Source: Octopus sinensis | Lineage: Eukaryota | Direction: 5' to 3' | Assembly (NCBI RefSeq): GCF_006345805.1 | Contig: NC_043002.1 | Coordinates: 72,416,001 to 72,480,000 of the forward strand | Length of the DNA stretch: 64,000 bases | In this document: piece after piece, positions 12,825-26,062 of the stretch | Numbering within the stretch: position 1 is the stretch's first letter | Layout of the letters: each line of letters opens with the position of its first letter | Position numbers and translations under genes: made by a program | The notes under the pieces: model-generated | Database searches by the model: none | Seen by the model: the letters and a program-made list of their open reading frames with translations, nothing else | What the model was told of the DNA's origin: nothing

Positions 12825-13606
12825 GGTGGCGAGTTGGCAGAAACGTTAGCATGCCGGGCGAAATGCTAAGCAGTATTTCGTTTGCCGTTACGTTCTGAGT
12901 TCAAATTCCGCCGGGGTCGACTTTGCCTTTCATCCTTTCGGAGTCAATAAATTAAGTACCAGTTACGCACTGGGGTCGATATAATCGACTTAATCCGTTT
13001 GTCTGTCCTTGTTTTCCCCTCTGTGTTTAGCCCCTTGTGGGTAGTAAAGAAATAGGTATTTCGTCTGCCGATACGTTCTGAGTTCAAATTCCGCCGAGGT
13101 CGACTTTACCTTTCATCCTTTCGGGGTCGATAAATTAAGTACTAGTTACGCACTAGGGTCGATGTAATCGACTTAATCCGTTTGTCTGTCCTTGTTTGTC
13201 CTCTCTATGTTTAGCATCTTGTGGGCAGTAAAGAAATAGGTATTTCATCTGCCGATACGTTCTGAGTTCAAATTCCGCCGAGGTCGACTTTGCCTTTCAT
13301 CCTTTCGGAGTCAATAAATTAAGTACCAGTTACGCACTGGGGTCGATACAATCGACTTAATCCGTTTGTCTGTCCTTGTTTGTCTCCTCTGTGTTTAGCC
13401 CCTTGTGGGTAGTAAAGAAATAAGTATTTCGTTTGCCGTTACGTTCTGAGTTGAAATTCCGCCGAGGTCAACTTTACCTTTCATCCTTTTGGGGTCGATT
13501 AATTAAGTACCAGTTATGCACTGGGGTCGATCTAATCGACTTAATCCTTTTGTCTGTCCTTGTTTGTCCCCTCTATGTTTAGCCCCTTGTGGGTAATTAA
13601 GAAATA
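12825..13606 (+). mobile_element. SINE family B tetramer (one head plus four approx. 184-bp bodies)
   Basis: Head ggtggcgagttggcagaaacgttagc once; body repeated four times with the junction aaagaaata|(g/a)gtatttc. Confidence 0.9.
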
Positions 13607-14234
13607 AAAAGGCTACGCCATGTCTGAAATACCTTTGATCATACGTCTGCTCGAAGAAGGTTGACCAAGGGCTAAACGACCACGACAATATACCTTCTTT
13701 ATGTTTCACGATTCACGTCGGTTCAAATAAAAAATTTTATGCTAAGAGCGTCACCAGGTGTCTCCACTCGGTCTTTATCAAATATAAATTTTAACTGATT
13801 AACAAAAATTGTCCCTTTACATTAAGTATGTTTTTCCACCCCACCCCTACTTAACTGTCAGTTCTTTAGATCGAAAGCGTCTTTGAGAAAATTTCTCATT
13901 CATTCTGATTTGCTTAATCAATTAATCAGCTTTAAAAATGCCAAGACTGGAGCCTCTAAGTAGTCGTTTGACCTGCAAAAATAGCAGCCAAATCCTTCTC
14001 AAATATGTAACAGATAAGCTCATTTCTTTCAGTTTTGAAAATTCTTATCTTACATGTAAATTAAAAATGTTTTGTTTCAGTTCAAACGTCTTTCTTCACA
14101 AGTAAACTGGCGTCCTTTTCTCCAAATTTTTGAAAAGAAGACGCAATCCATTGTCATTCACTGATTTCTGCAAACCGCTAGTAAACCAATTATTACTAAT
14201 TTTGTTGTAGCTGTTGTTGTTGTTGTTGTTGTTG

Positions 14235-14311
<77 letters not shown>

Positions 14312-14968
14312 GTGTGCTTTCTTCTAAATATACAGTATTCAATTTCACCTATGAAATTTGATTTCTATCTTTTAAATGCAGAAATAATCTCTTCAATCAC
14401 TTCAATTAATCATTCTACATTTGTTCAAACGACAATCTTTTGACGAAATCCCTTCACTACGGACACACGCGGACACACGGACACACGCGGACGCACGGAC
14501 ACACACATTAACACATTAGCTCACTCACGTACATACGTTCCGGTACATATCATTTATTGTTTACTTGTTTCATTCTTTACACTACGGCGATGCTGGAGCA
14601 CCACCCTGAAGTGTTTAGTCGAACAACTCGACCTCAGTACTTTTTTTATCTAAAGCCTTGTACTTATTCTTTCAGTCTCGTTCTGTCGAACCACTAATTT
14701 ACGGGGATACAAACACACCAACACCGGTGATAACAAGGACAAATACAAACACAAAGCTCAATTTCATCACTGCTTTGCTCCAGAGGGGGTTGTCTGTATT
14801 TTGTTGCCCCAATAATAGCAGGTATAACCTGAAAGTGCATCTTGGGCATTGGATTGCAAACTCCTTATCAATAAGTCCATACAACACAATGGTGTCTAGA
14901 GGCTATGCATGTATGTATATATGTTTGTATGTATGTATGTATGTATGTATGTATGTATGTATGTATGT

Positions 14969-15411
14969 CATTATTCAGTTTTATTTCAAGATTTATTGCC
15001 AATGGAAGAAGAGTCGGTTTCTAACATAGATTCAAGGCTCCTTCATTGGAATTTCAACATCAACAACAGTGTATGTATGTATGTATGTATGTATGTATGT
15101 ATGTATGTATGTATGTATGTATGTATGTATGTATGTATGCATCATATGTATGTATGTATGTATGTATGTATGCATGTATGCGTGCAGATTTGTATGTTTT
15201 GTTTTATATGTCTTCTCGTGCATATACTTGCATATTTAGACATGTTCATATATACTTAAATGATAAATTTCTGGAAAGTTTTACAGATTTTTACAGTTCC
15301 AGTGATGGCTTGTATCTGTAGTCTTCGAACCAGCCTTCTCCTTTCTGGTTTTGAGAAGCCTAATTGCTCAAGATTGGTTTTTAGGCAGTGTGTTGCATAT
15401 CCCAGGGCCCA
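14969..15411 (-). mobile_element. 3' end of an RLE-type non-LTR retrotransposon ending in (CATA)n
   Basis: WALGYATHCLKTNLEQLGFSKPERRRLVRRLQIQAITGTVKICKTFQKFII* resembles the GALG...LQ...GT C-terminus of RLE elements; 3' UTR with AATAAA runs into (CATA)n. Confidence 0.6.
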
Positions 15412-15426
15412 GATAGGTAGGTATGT

Positions 15427-15472
<46 letters not shown>

Positions 15473-15620
15473 ATAGAGATATTAACAGGGAGATAGAGAC
15501 AGACAGCTAGACAGGTTGACAGAAAGATAGACAGACAGACAAATAGATAAATAGGCAGAGACATACATACATACATGCATACATACACATGCATACAGAC
15601 AGACAGACAGACAGATAGAG

Positions 15621-15675
<55 letters not shown>

Positions 15676-15818
15676 CAGACAGAGATATACATACATATAC
15701 ACATACATACATACATACACACATACATACATACATACATACATACATACATACATACATACACACATACATACATACATACATACATATACACATGCAT
15801 AAAGACAGACAAACAGAC

Positions 15819-15877
<59 letters not shown>

Positions 15878-16477
15878 CAGACAAACACACGCGCGCACGC
15901 ACGCACGTACACACACATGCACACACACATGCACGCACACACACACACACAGCACCAATTAATGGAGATACACAAAAGCCCAATGTCAATGCCAAATACG
16001 TTATTTTTAAGACAACATGTTTGCGATAGTTCCTTAGTCTTTTTCTTTTTTTGATCTTTCCTATTCTTCTAATTGATTTATTTACACATTTATATATCCC
16101 CCCCCCTCTAGTTTTTCAGCATGTCGTGCGAAAACGAGAAAGGGAAAAAAAAAAGAAATGTCCCGAAATAGCTCAATGATAAAACTACAGCGTTTATTCC
16201 ATCAAATTAATTGGTTGCTTTCTTTTGAGACCTTCCCCACCCCCACCCCATCTCACTATGTAAAAAGACAACGACGTCCCACATAACTTTCTTCCAACAC
16301 AATGTAACTGATTTCTCCTGTGAATTTCCGCAATTTTTCACTCGCTGACATAGAGATTATCCCACAAACATTGAACACAGTTCTTAATCATTGCCATTAA
16401 TTAAATTGTTAACCCACACACCCAGACCAAATCTCAGACGCATTTTTATTTATATATCTATTTTATTTACGCATTAT

Positions 16478-16520
<43 letters not shown>

Positions 16521-16539
16521 CATTATTATTATCATTATT

Positions 16540-16590
<51 letters not shown>

Positions 16591-16961
16591 TTATTATTAT
16601 TATTATCATCATCATCATCGTCATCATCATTATTATTTTACTGTGAATATTTACGTTGTAGTATTAACTCAATTACGGGGAAGAATTTGTCAGCTTGAAA
16701 CCATTGAAAGATAGCCTTGACAACAAAGTAATTAGGTCAACGTCCCGCGACTTCATCTCGTTCTCGCCTCCAGAAAGCAGCTTGAGTAATTGGCTGTAGT
16801 TTAAGGATGTTTTACTGCTCAAGTATTTTCTTTCCTTCTGATTAGACCAGTCATTCTTGGTCGAATGCCAGCTGCATGTTGGTTTTGAACCGGCGTTTCT
16901 TGGGAATTGATTGCTCTACCATATGGTTTAACACTCGCACACATACTCACACATAGGTGCT

Positions 16962-16985
16962 TATATATATATATGTATATATAAT

Positions 16986-17019
<34 letters not shown>

Positions 17020-17148
17020 ATATCTATATATATATATATATATGTATATATAATATATATATATATATATATGTATATATGTGTGTGTATGTATGTATGT
17101 ATATATATATATATATATATAATATATATATAATATATATATATATGT

Positions 17149-17183
<35 letters not shown>

Positions 17184-17272
17184 GTATATATATATATATG
17201 TATATATATATATGTATATGTATATATATATATGTATATATATATATATGTGTATATATATATATGTATATA

Positions 17273-17353
<81 letters not shown>
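16962..17353. repeat. Long (TA)n/(TATG)n tract
   Basis: About 390 bp of TA-rich simple repeat abutting the 3' end of the LINE. Confidence 0.95.
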
Positions 17354-17354
<1 letters not shown>

Positions 17355-18995
17355 CTTAGAATAACTTAGAAAGGTTTTGGCCAGTATTGGCCCAGGCCAT
17401 GTCTAACTTAATAGCACCACCTGGCGAAGTCTTTCAATTCAGGATTTGGGCACCGAGGCCCATTCGAGCAGAGAGTTATTGTTTGCGGAGATATATCCGG
17501 ATGTGGGTGGTTTGTCCGGGACTGTTTGAAGGAATTTGTCCAGAGACTTCTTGAATTTTGTGTGGTCAGTTTCTGTTTTGACGTGTCCTGGTGTAATGTT
17601 GAAGAGAGCGGGTCCAATTGAGGTGAAATAATTGTGCCGTATTGTCGTTATGTGATGCGATTTGGATCTTTGTTGTGGACGGATGGCACGTGGTCCAAGC
17701 CTTGGATGTATTTTGAAGGTGATGCCAACATCATTCGGACAGTGCTGATGGAATATTTTCCACATCATACAGATAATGTAGCGTTCACGGCGTCGTTGGA
17801 GTGAATACAGTTTCAGCTTCTCTAGTCTACCCCAGTAGTCAAGGTCTGACATGCCATCTATCTTTTTTGTGATTGACCTTTGGGGAGCTTCAATTCTCAT
17901 AATATTTTGTTTTGTGTAGGGAGACCACAGTGGACAGCAGTATTCAAGGTGGGGTCGGGCAAAAGTGGAGAACAGAAGGATAATAGTGTGGGAATCTCTC
18001 GACTAGAAGGTTCTGAGAATCCAGGAACACATTCTGCGGGCCATGTCAACTTTGCTGCTTATATGAGTAGCCCAGCTTATGTTGTTGTCCACTGTTACTC
18101 CCAAGTCTCTGATGTTGTTGGACGCCATTAGAATTTCTCCAGAAGGAAGGGAGTATGGGAGTTTCAGAGCGTCCTCCCTTCCAAAGTGGATCAGTTCAAA
18201 TTTGTCTTCGTTTAGCAACATGTTGTTCTTTTCCGCCCATTGGACAACAGCCAGTAGGTCTGACTGAAGGTTTATTCGGTCATCCACGCTATTGATGACC
18301 TTCTGGAGCTTGGAGTCATCAGCGAAGGTTCTGATGTTGCTGTGTTTGATGGTGTCAGTAATATCATTTATGTAGACGATGAAGAGAAGTGGGCCCAACA
18401 CAGTGCCTTGTGGGACACCACTGCTGACTTTGGCTGGGCTGGATTTGACTTCTTCGACTACAACATGTTGGGTTCTGTTAGACAGGAAGCACTTGATCCA
18501 CTGCAGCAGCTTTCCAGTGACACCAATATTGGACAGCTTTCTCAAAAGGATCTTATGATCAACCCTGTCAAAGGCCTTGCTGAAATCAAGGTAGATGACA
18601 TCAGTGTTGGAACCATCTCCCAAGGCTCTCAAAATGTCATCAAAATGATGCAGTAGCTGCGTCAGGCAATCTCTTCCATTACGGAATCCATGCTGGTTGG
18701 AGTTCAGCATATTATGACTCTCAAGGAAGTGAGTCATACGCGATCTCAGCACTCTCTCAAATACCTTAATGATATGAGAGGTGAGTGAGATTGGACGGTA
18801 ATTCATGGCAAGCGATTTGTTTCCTTTTTTGAAAACTGGGACAACAGACTGGGATAGAAGGTCTTCTGGTATATATCCAGCATCCAGTGAGTTCCGCCAC
18901 AGATTGGCTAGAGGGGGTGCAAGTTGGTTTTGACACATCTTCAAGACACAAGCAGGGAACCTATCGGGACCTACTGCTGAATTATGCTTCATTTC
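17354..18995 (-). mobile_element. 5'-truncated CR1-group (CR1/L2-like) LINE; RT pseudogene with one nonsense codon
   Basis: RT motifs YRPISLTS, QHGFR, YLDFSKAFDRVDH, SGVPQGTVLGPLLF, FADD. ORFs 18003-18992 and 17439-17900 are in the same frame, separated by a single TAG, with LEYCCPLWSP in between. Tail (ttctaagtta)x2. Confidence 0.93.
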
Positions 18996-19643
18996 CTTTA
19001 TTTCTACCTACCTACATATGTACATGCATACCTACCTACCTACCTACCTACCTATGTGCATACATACATGCCATACCAGGGACGTGCCGCCTATGTAGGT
19101 CAGGTAGGCAGTGCATACCTTGAATAAAATAGATCGATAGCAACATTTTCCTTTTATGGCAAAATATGTAAATAATTCAATAAAATTATGAAGGTTATTC
19201 TGATTACTATTAATAAAATGCAAAATATTTTATTTTTCTGTAGATTAGCTAGACATTATTCGCCACTGCTTTTCAAACTCAGTATTTAAGCTATGCAGTA
19301 TACGTGCTGTAGTACACGTGCTGTGTACACTTCTACAACACCGATTTGTTTACATGCTATAAAGGCAGAAATAGATCTGCCATCAACTCAGTTGCGTACC
19401 TGTGTTTCGCTAATTTTTTGTGTTTTTCTACATAAAGGTCACCAACTGCCTGCCCCGAGTAATTACTAACAGCACATGCTGATACATGCATACATACATA
19501 CATACATACATACATACATCTTTTATATAATTCTTGTGACCCGCAATAATAGTTCAACAATTTTGACATGTTATGCAAAATAATGAATTGCCTTTCTTTC
19601 CCAACCGCTAAACAAAAGAAGACATTGAATTACATATATATAT

Positions 19644-19674
<31 letters not shown>

Positions 19675-20085
19675 GAGTGGCTGTGTGGTAAGTAGCTTGC
19701 TTACCAACCACATGGTTCCGGGTTCAGTCCCACTGCATGGCATCTTGGGCAAGTGTCTTCTGGTATAGCCTCGTGCCGGCCAAAACCTTGTGAGTGGATT
19801 TGGTAGACGGAAACTGAAAGACGCCCGTCGTATATATGTATATATATATATATGTATGTGTGTGTATATGTTTGTGTGTCTGTGATTGTCCCTCTAGAAT
19901 TGCTTGACAACCGATGCTAGTGTGTTTACGTCCCCGTCACCTAGCGGTTCGGCAAAAGTGACCGATAGAATAAGTACTGGGCTTACAAAAAGAATAAGTC
20001 CCGGGGTCGATTTGCTCGACTAAAGGCGGTGCTCCAGGATGGCCGCAGTCAAATGACTGAAACAAGTAAAAGAGAGTAAAAGAGA
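19675..20085 (+). mobile_element. SINE family A
   Basis: Matches the family A consensus. Confidence 0.9.
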
Positions 20086-20086
20086 G

Positions 20087-20300
20087 TATATAATATAAAA
20101 TCCGTTCTGTCTGTCTGTCTGTATGTGCGCTTGTAACTCGAGTATCGTTCATGCGATCACGCTGAAATTTTAAACATGGATATATGAGAAAGCGGGGCGT
20201 TCTGTAATCTAAAAAGTTTTTCAAAATTGTCGGTTTCAAAGTGAGAATTGCAATTTTTGTAATATTTTTTCCTGTTTCTTCCGCTATTAAAAGCAACGAG
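20087..20300 (+). mobile_element. 5' part of a non-autonomous Helitron-like element
   Basis: tatataatataaaat...(ctgt)n...gctgaaatttt start typical of these elements. Confidence 0.45.
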
Positions 20301-20501
20301 TTGCTCAGACAGCCGGCACATACTATTTCGCTGGCAACAAGGGGAGTACAGGATGATAGTCAGCCCAAACCCTCTCTCTCTCTCCCTCTCTCTCAGTGCC
20401 CCCTCTCTATAGGTAGAGAGCTCAATGCGATTACCTTAAAGGAACAGTTATCAAATGCAAAAAAGCGAAAGAACGGTTTAAGATATACATATATACATAC
20501 A

Positions 20502-20912
20502 GTAATTCTTCCCCTTCCTCCCACTCCTCGGAACTTTTCAGGAAGTAATTCTACCCACTTCCTCCCCTTCCTCGGAACTTTCCACGAAGTAATCCTCACC
20601 TCCTTGGAACTTTCCAGGAAGTAATTCCGTCCACTTCCTCCCCCTCTTCGGAACATTTCAGAAAGTAATCTCCACTCCTCGGAACTCTCCACGAAGTAAT
20701 TCCTCACCCTCCTCCTCGGAACGTTCCTGGAAGTATACCTCCAGATCCTCGGAACTTTCCAGTAATTAATTCCCCTCCTCAGAACTTTACAGGGGGTAAT
20801 TCCTCCCCTTCCTCCTTGGAACTTCCCAGGAAGTAACCCCCATCTTGGGAACTTTCCAGGAAGTATTTCCACCATTCCTCTCCTAGGGACTTTCCAGGAA
20901 GTATACCTCGGG
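20502..20912. repeat. Minisatellite, about 30-bp unit
   Basis: cctcggaactttccaggaagtaatt plus a variable C-rich linker, roughly 13 degenerate copies. Confidence 0.9.
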
Positions 20913-23393
20913 ACCAATAAATCTTCTCGTATATATATATATATATATATATAACCTTCGAAACACGGTGTAGTCAAAGCAGGGGTAGCTGAAGAAGGGG
21001 AATATTCCTTGTGTTGTATGTCTTGTACTCTGTTTTTTCGTTGTTTGAAAAAAGTCCGATTCCATCTTTTTGTTTTTATGTTTTCGTTTCTCATTGTGTT
21101 CTACGTTTTTTTGGTGTCCTGTACTCATATATGCATGTATATATACATATATATGTAGGTATGTACATATATGTATGTATATATGCATGTTTTATTTATT
21201 ATTTTGTTATGATATATATATATATAATAGTTTCGGCTCTGTTTTATCACAGACCTGGTCTACTTTCTTTCAAAACATTAAATTTTACGTTGTTGGTGTT
21301 TCTTTTTGGCATTACTGAAAAACTGGACGAATTTGTTTTGTTTTCAAGTTTTATTATTATGTATTTTGCTATCAAGTTGAAATTGATATTCGTTTGTTGG
21401 AATTTGAGAGAAAGAAGGGGCAGACTGATAGACTGACAGAGATTGAGAATAAACGAAAGAAAGAATGCGAGGTGAAAACAAAATCTATCATGGAACAGCT
21501 GGAACAATTCACTAAATAATTAAATAAATAAATAAATAAATAGATAGATAAATAAAACATTTGCAAAGTTTTATAAAAGTATGATTTGTAGCAGGCAGCC
21601 GCCAAACAGACAGTGTAAAAAAAAAAATTTCCAGTAAATCCTCTTAATATGTATTTTCCCGTTGATTGCTTTATGTTCCATGTTAAGAAATCGTTAAGTA
21701 GGTTAGACTTTACATACGAGATCTGAAGTGAAAGAAAATATTGTTTATGTTTTATTAACCGATAATTTTAAAAAAATACGCTATTATATCAAACTCCTGC
21801 TCCTGTGAACCTCATCTGATGTGAAGTACACACACCACACACACATCACAATGATACAAGCATTGAAAAATGTTAACATCAGTACAAAGTATCCATTCAT
21901 TATATAATTACATATTTACATGAAATATTTCGTCATTGGTGGAATGGAATATATTGATATTCGATTGTTTTTCTATTGTTTTTCTTTGACATTTGTTACC
22001 TTATTATAAAATCCTGACTGGTGGTAGAATCTAACTTGTAAACAGAGAGAACGGCGTTTCATATTTGAACATAGTTAAAATGTCATCGACAGGTTTAAAT
22101 GATCTTTTCTTATCCTTCAACTCGAGTCTCACATCTTTTCCCTTCGTTCTCGACTTTTTCCAGTTTCTTTTCCTCATTTCATTCTTCTTTCCTTCTACCT
22201 CTCTCCAACCACTTCCGGTTCGCTTATGCAACTCCCGTGGTCCTGCGTTCCTTATCATTTGCAGCCGATTTTTACTGTTTAGAAGATGCACTGCCTGTTT
22301 TTTTACTGCTTAGAAGATCCACTCTTCACGGCAAGTTCATAGTAACTGTTTTTTTAAACCGACGCCAGCCAACACTAGTCTCTATGGAGTCAATTTGGTC
22401 TTTCATTCATATATACAATTAAATCGTTTGAATCCAATAAATGCTTTGCATTCATGTAGCCTGTCTATGGTAAAAAAAAAAAAAGCTTGGCAAAACCTCT
22501 TTCTAAACAAATTATCGTGGGTGGAAATCATTCAGAGGAAGAACACATAAAACAGAGCAGTTTGAACACGAATCAAACTTGCGTTCCTGAACTGATTCAC
22601 CAAGAGAACTCGTTTTAATATCTATATGGGCTGTTCAAATTCCGCCAGGTTCACTTTGCTTTTCCTCCTTTCGTAGGGTCGATGAAATAAGTACCAGCTG
22701 CGCATTGAGATCGATGTAATCAACTATACCCCTCCCTAGTATTTTAGGCCTCGTGCTCATAGTAGAATGGAATATCTATATTGGCTGTGAACTGGCAGAA
22801 TCGTTAGCACGGAGGCAAAATGCTTAACGACATTTCTTCCGGCCCTTTACGTCCTGAGTTCAAATCCCGCCGATGACAACTTTGCTTTTCGCCCATTCGA
22901 AGTAAGCGAAATAAGTACCAGTTGAACACTGGGGTCGATGTAATCAACTTACCTCACCCTTCAAAATGGTGAGTCTTGTGCCAAAACAAACATGACTGTG
23001 TTGTTAAATATTAAGAAGCTCGCTTTGCAACCACGTGGTCTCGAGTTCAGTCCCACTGCGGGATAACTTGAGCAAGTGTTTTCTACTACAGCACCGGACC
23101 TATCTTGGTGATTAAATCTGGTAATCGGAAACTGTGTGGAAGCCCGTCGTGTGTGTGTGTATGCGTGCATGTAAAGAAAATTTAGCTGCTATTTCTAGAA
23201 GATCGAGTGACCACTTACAGGCTCCATCATCGTCTTGCCTTGCTTAATGAGAAAACATATATTGTAAATAGGCGTGCTGTAAGACGTCTGTCCCCAAGCC
23301 ACATGTTGGTATGTTTACATCTCCGTAACTTAGCAGTTCGATACAAGACACCGACAGAATAAGTATCAGGCTTTAAAAAAAAAATAAGTACTA

Positions 23394-23790
23394 GGCGCAG
23401 GAGTGGCTGTTTGGTAAGTAGCTTGCTAACCAACCACATGGTTCCGGGTTCAGTCCCACTGCGTGGCATCTTGGGCACGTGTCTTCTGCTATAGCCCCGG
23501 GCCGACCAATGCCTTGTGAGTGGATTTGGTAGGCGGAAACTGAAAGAAGCCTGTCGTATATATGTATATATATATAAATGTGTGTGAATATGTTTGTGTG
23601 TCTGTGTTTGTTCCCCTAGCATTGCTTGACAACCGATGCTGGTGTGTTTACGTCCCCGTCACTTAGCGGTTCGGCAAAAGAGACCGATAGAATAAGTACT
23701 GGGCTTACAAAGAATAAGTCCCGGGGTCGAGTTGCTCGACTAAAGGCGGTGCTCCAGCATGGCCGCAGTCAAGTAAAAAGAGTAAAAAAA
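23394..23790 (+). mobile_element. SINE family A, apparently nested in an older family A copy
   Basis: Full consensus; the 3' half of an older copy lies at about 23300-23393 and resumes at about 23800-23880. Confidence 0.85.
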
Positions 23791-24453
23791 AAGTAAAGAG
23801 ACTGGGTATCGGTTCATTCCACTTCAATGCGGTGCTCCAGCATAGCCGCAGACTAAGGACTGAAACAAGTAAAAGATGGAAGACAAAGGGAGAAAAAGAT
23901 GCTAAGAAGCTCACTCTTTGTTTAAGTTGGATAAAAGCTATGAAATAAATGTTTGTAAGTTGTATGAGTAATTGTTTAGTGAGTGGAATTTACGAACCTA
24001 TTTGCAGGAATTTTGAAGCGATTTCATTATCATAAGGGCGGAATTTCATTATCATGTAATTCTTGCAGCGATCTGATTTATCATAAAGGAGGAATTTCAT
24101 AATTTCAGTGCTTCGTATGAGAAATTTATAAATAAGGAATTCAGTTGTCTTTTCTCACGATTTTAGTTGCTTTGCCGGCAAAATTCATTTCAAGAGTAAA
24201 TATTATTTATATAACTATAGGGATCTTATCGGTTTCACACACCATATCTGATTTTTTTCTTTCTTACTTTTCTTTTTCTTCTTTTTTTACTGAAAATTTC
24301 TAAGCCTGCTTTACAGCCACTTGGTTTCGGGTTCAGTTCCATGCGTGGCATCTTGGACAAGTGTCTTCTACTATAGCTTTAGGCCAACCAGTGAATGAAT
24401 TTGACAGACAGAAACTGTGTTGAAGCTCGTCGTATGTGAGTGTATGTGTGTAT

Positions 24454-24531
<78 letters not shown>

Positions 24532-24821
24532 GTGTCAAACTCACACCGCTTGATAAACGGTCTTAGTTTGTTTACGCTCCCGCTACATAGTGATTTGACA
24601 AAAGAGACCGATATAACTGGTATCAAATTTTGCAGAAAGACGTAAAAACACAAGTTGTGGGATTGATTTATCCGACCAACCCCTTGCAAGCGGTGCCCCA
24701 GCGTGGTCGTAGTCAAATGACTGAAACGAATAAGAAACAAAAGAAATAAAATATAATCTTTTACTTTAAACTTAAATACTGAAAAAATATTGAATTTTAG
24801 CCAATCAGATGCGACCATATT

Positions 24822-25237
24822 TATTTCTTTATTGCCCACAGGGGGCTAAACATAGAGGGAGCAAGCAAGGACAAACAAAGGGATTAAGTCGATTACATCG
24901 ACCCCAGTGCATAACTGGTACTTATTTAATCGATCCCGAAAGGATGAAAGGCCAAGTCGACCTCGGCGGAATTTCAACTCAGAACGTAACGGCAGATGAA
25001 ATACCTATTTCTTTACTACCCACAAGGGGCTAAACACAGAGAGGACAAACAAGGACAGGCAAACGGATTAAGTCGATTGTATCGACCCCAGTGCGTAACT
25101 GGTACTTATTTAATCGACCCCGAAAGGATGAAAGGCAAAGTCGACCTCGGAGGAATTTGAACTCAGAACGTAGCGGCAGACGAAATACCGCTAAGCATTT
25201 CGTTCGGCGCGCTAAAGACTCTGCCAGTTCGCCACCT
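24822..25237 (-). mobile_element. SINE family B dimer with TSD
   Basis: Head plus two bodies; flanking duplication agatgcgaccatatt on both sides. Confidence 0.9.
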
Positions 25238-25539
25238 TAGATGCGACCATATTGAAACAGCGTGAGCCGAGCATATTAAAAGGAAACAAATTCAAACCAA
25301 TATGAAGAGCAAGAAACTGGAAACCTTAACGAGCGGCAGGAATGACGACCAAATGGCGAATTTGAGAAATCTGAGGAAGATACTTTGAAAACGAAGGACG
25401 ATGCAGTATGCTTTATTTCCAATAGAGAAATATGATATCAAGGAATAAGCTTTGTCGGTGAAAACACTACATGAAGGGCTTACATAAAACAACATAAAAT
25501 GACATGACACAGCATAGAAGAGAACAATAAAAAACAATA

Positions 25540-25975
25540 AAAATTAAACAACGCAAACTCCTAAAACGGGAGGTGCTTTATAGGTCCTCGTGAGAAACCC
25601 CGCAAAAGCCACGAATGCCTGATCAACAGGACAAGAGCCCTTTTCCTTTAATTTTTTCACAGGTGTATGCTCAGAAATGGTCCTTTCACACTGACCATTC
25701 TTCTAACATTCACCCACCTTTCAACAAACTTGCTACAAAGCAACACTTCCCTCTCCACCCTCATCTTCCTTTTCGAGTGAAAATTGTAAAAGTTAATGAG
25801 GGTTTGGCCAAAGAGGAAAGTGTCTGACTCCAGCCCTTTCAGACGAGTTCACCATTCTACCTCTTTCGCTACAGGCACCAGATAAATAAAAACTGCCTGC
25901 CCCTCCCGGCCAAAGGAGGGCGGCGGAGCAATCTTCACTATGGATTTAACTGATAGCTGGATCCGTCCTACACGC
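25540..25975 (-). mobile_element. 3' end of an L1/Tx1-type LINE ORF2
   Basis: RVGRIQLSVKSIVKIAPPPSFGREGQAVFIYLVPVAKEVEW*TRLKGL...KRKMRVEREVL..KFVERWV resembles Tx1 C-termini. Confidence 0.6.
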
Positions 25976-25979
25976 AACA

Positions 25980-26062
<83 letters not shown>

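Noticed and set aside
15256-15995. Long YVCM/IYLS ORFs here and at 28, 33, 48 and 55 kb
   Set aside because: Translations of stop-free microsatellites.
20502-20912. CRISPR-like repeat with variable spacers
   Set aside because: Linkers are very short and related to each other; eukaryotic context; no cas genes.
21225-21260. GAGCCGAAAC with an upstream CTGTGATA on the minus strand
   Set aside because: Core and stem II are incomplete; at most a decayed hammerhead.
22031-22291. 86-aa Lys/Arg-rich ORF
   Set aside because: No recognisable motif or convincing splice sites; possibly decayed LINE ORF1.
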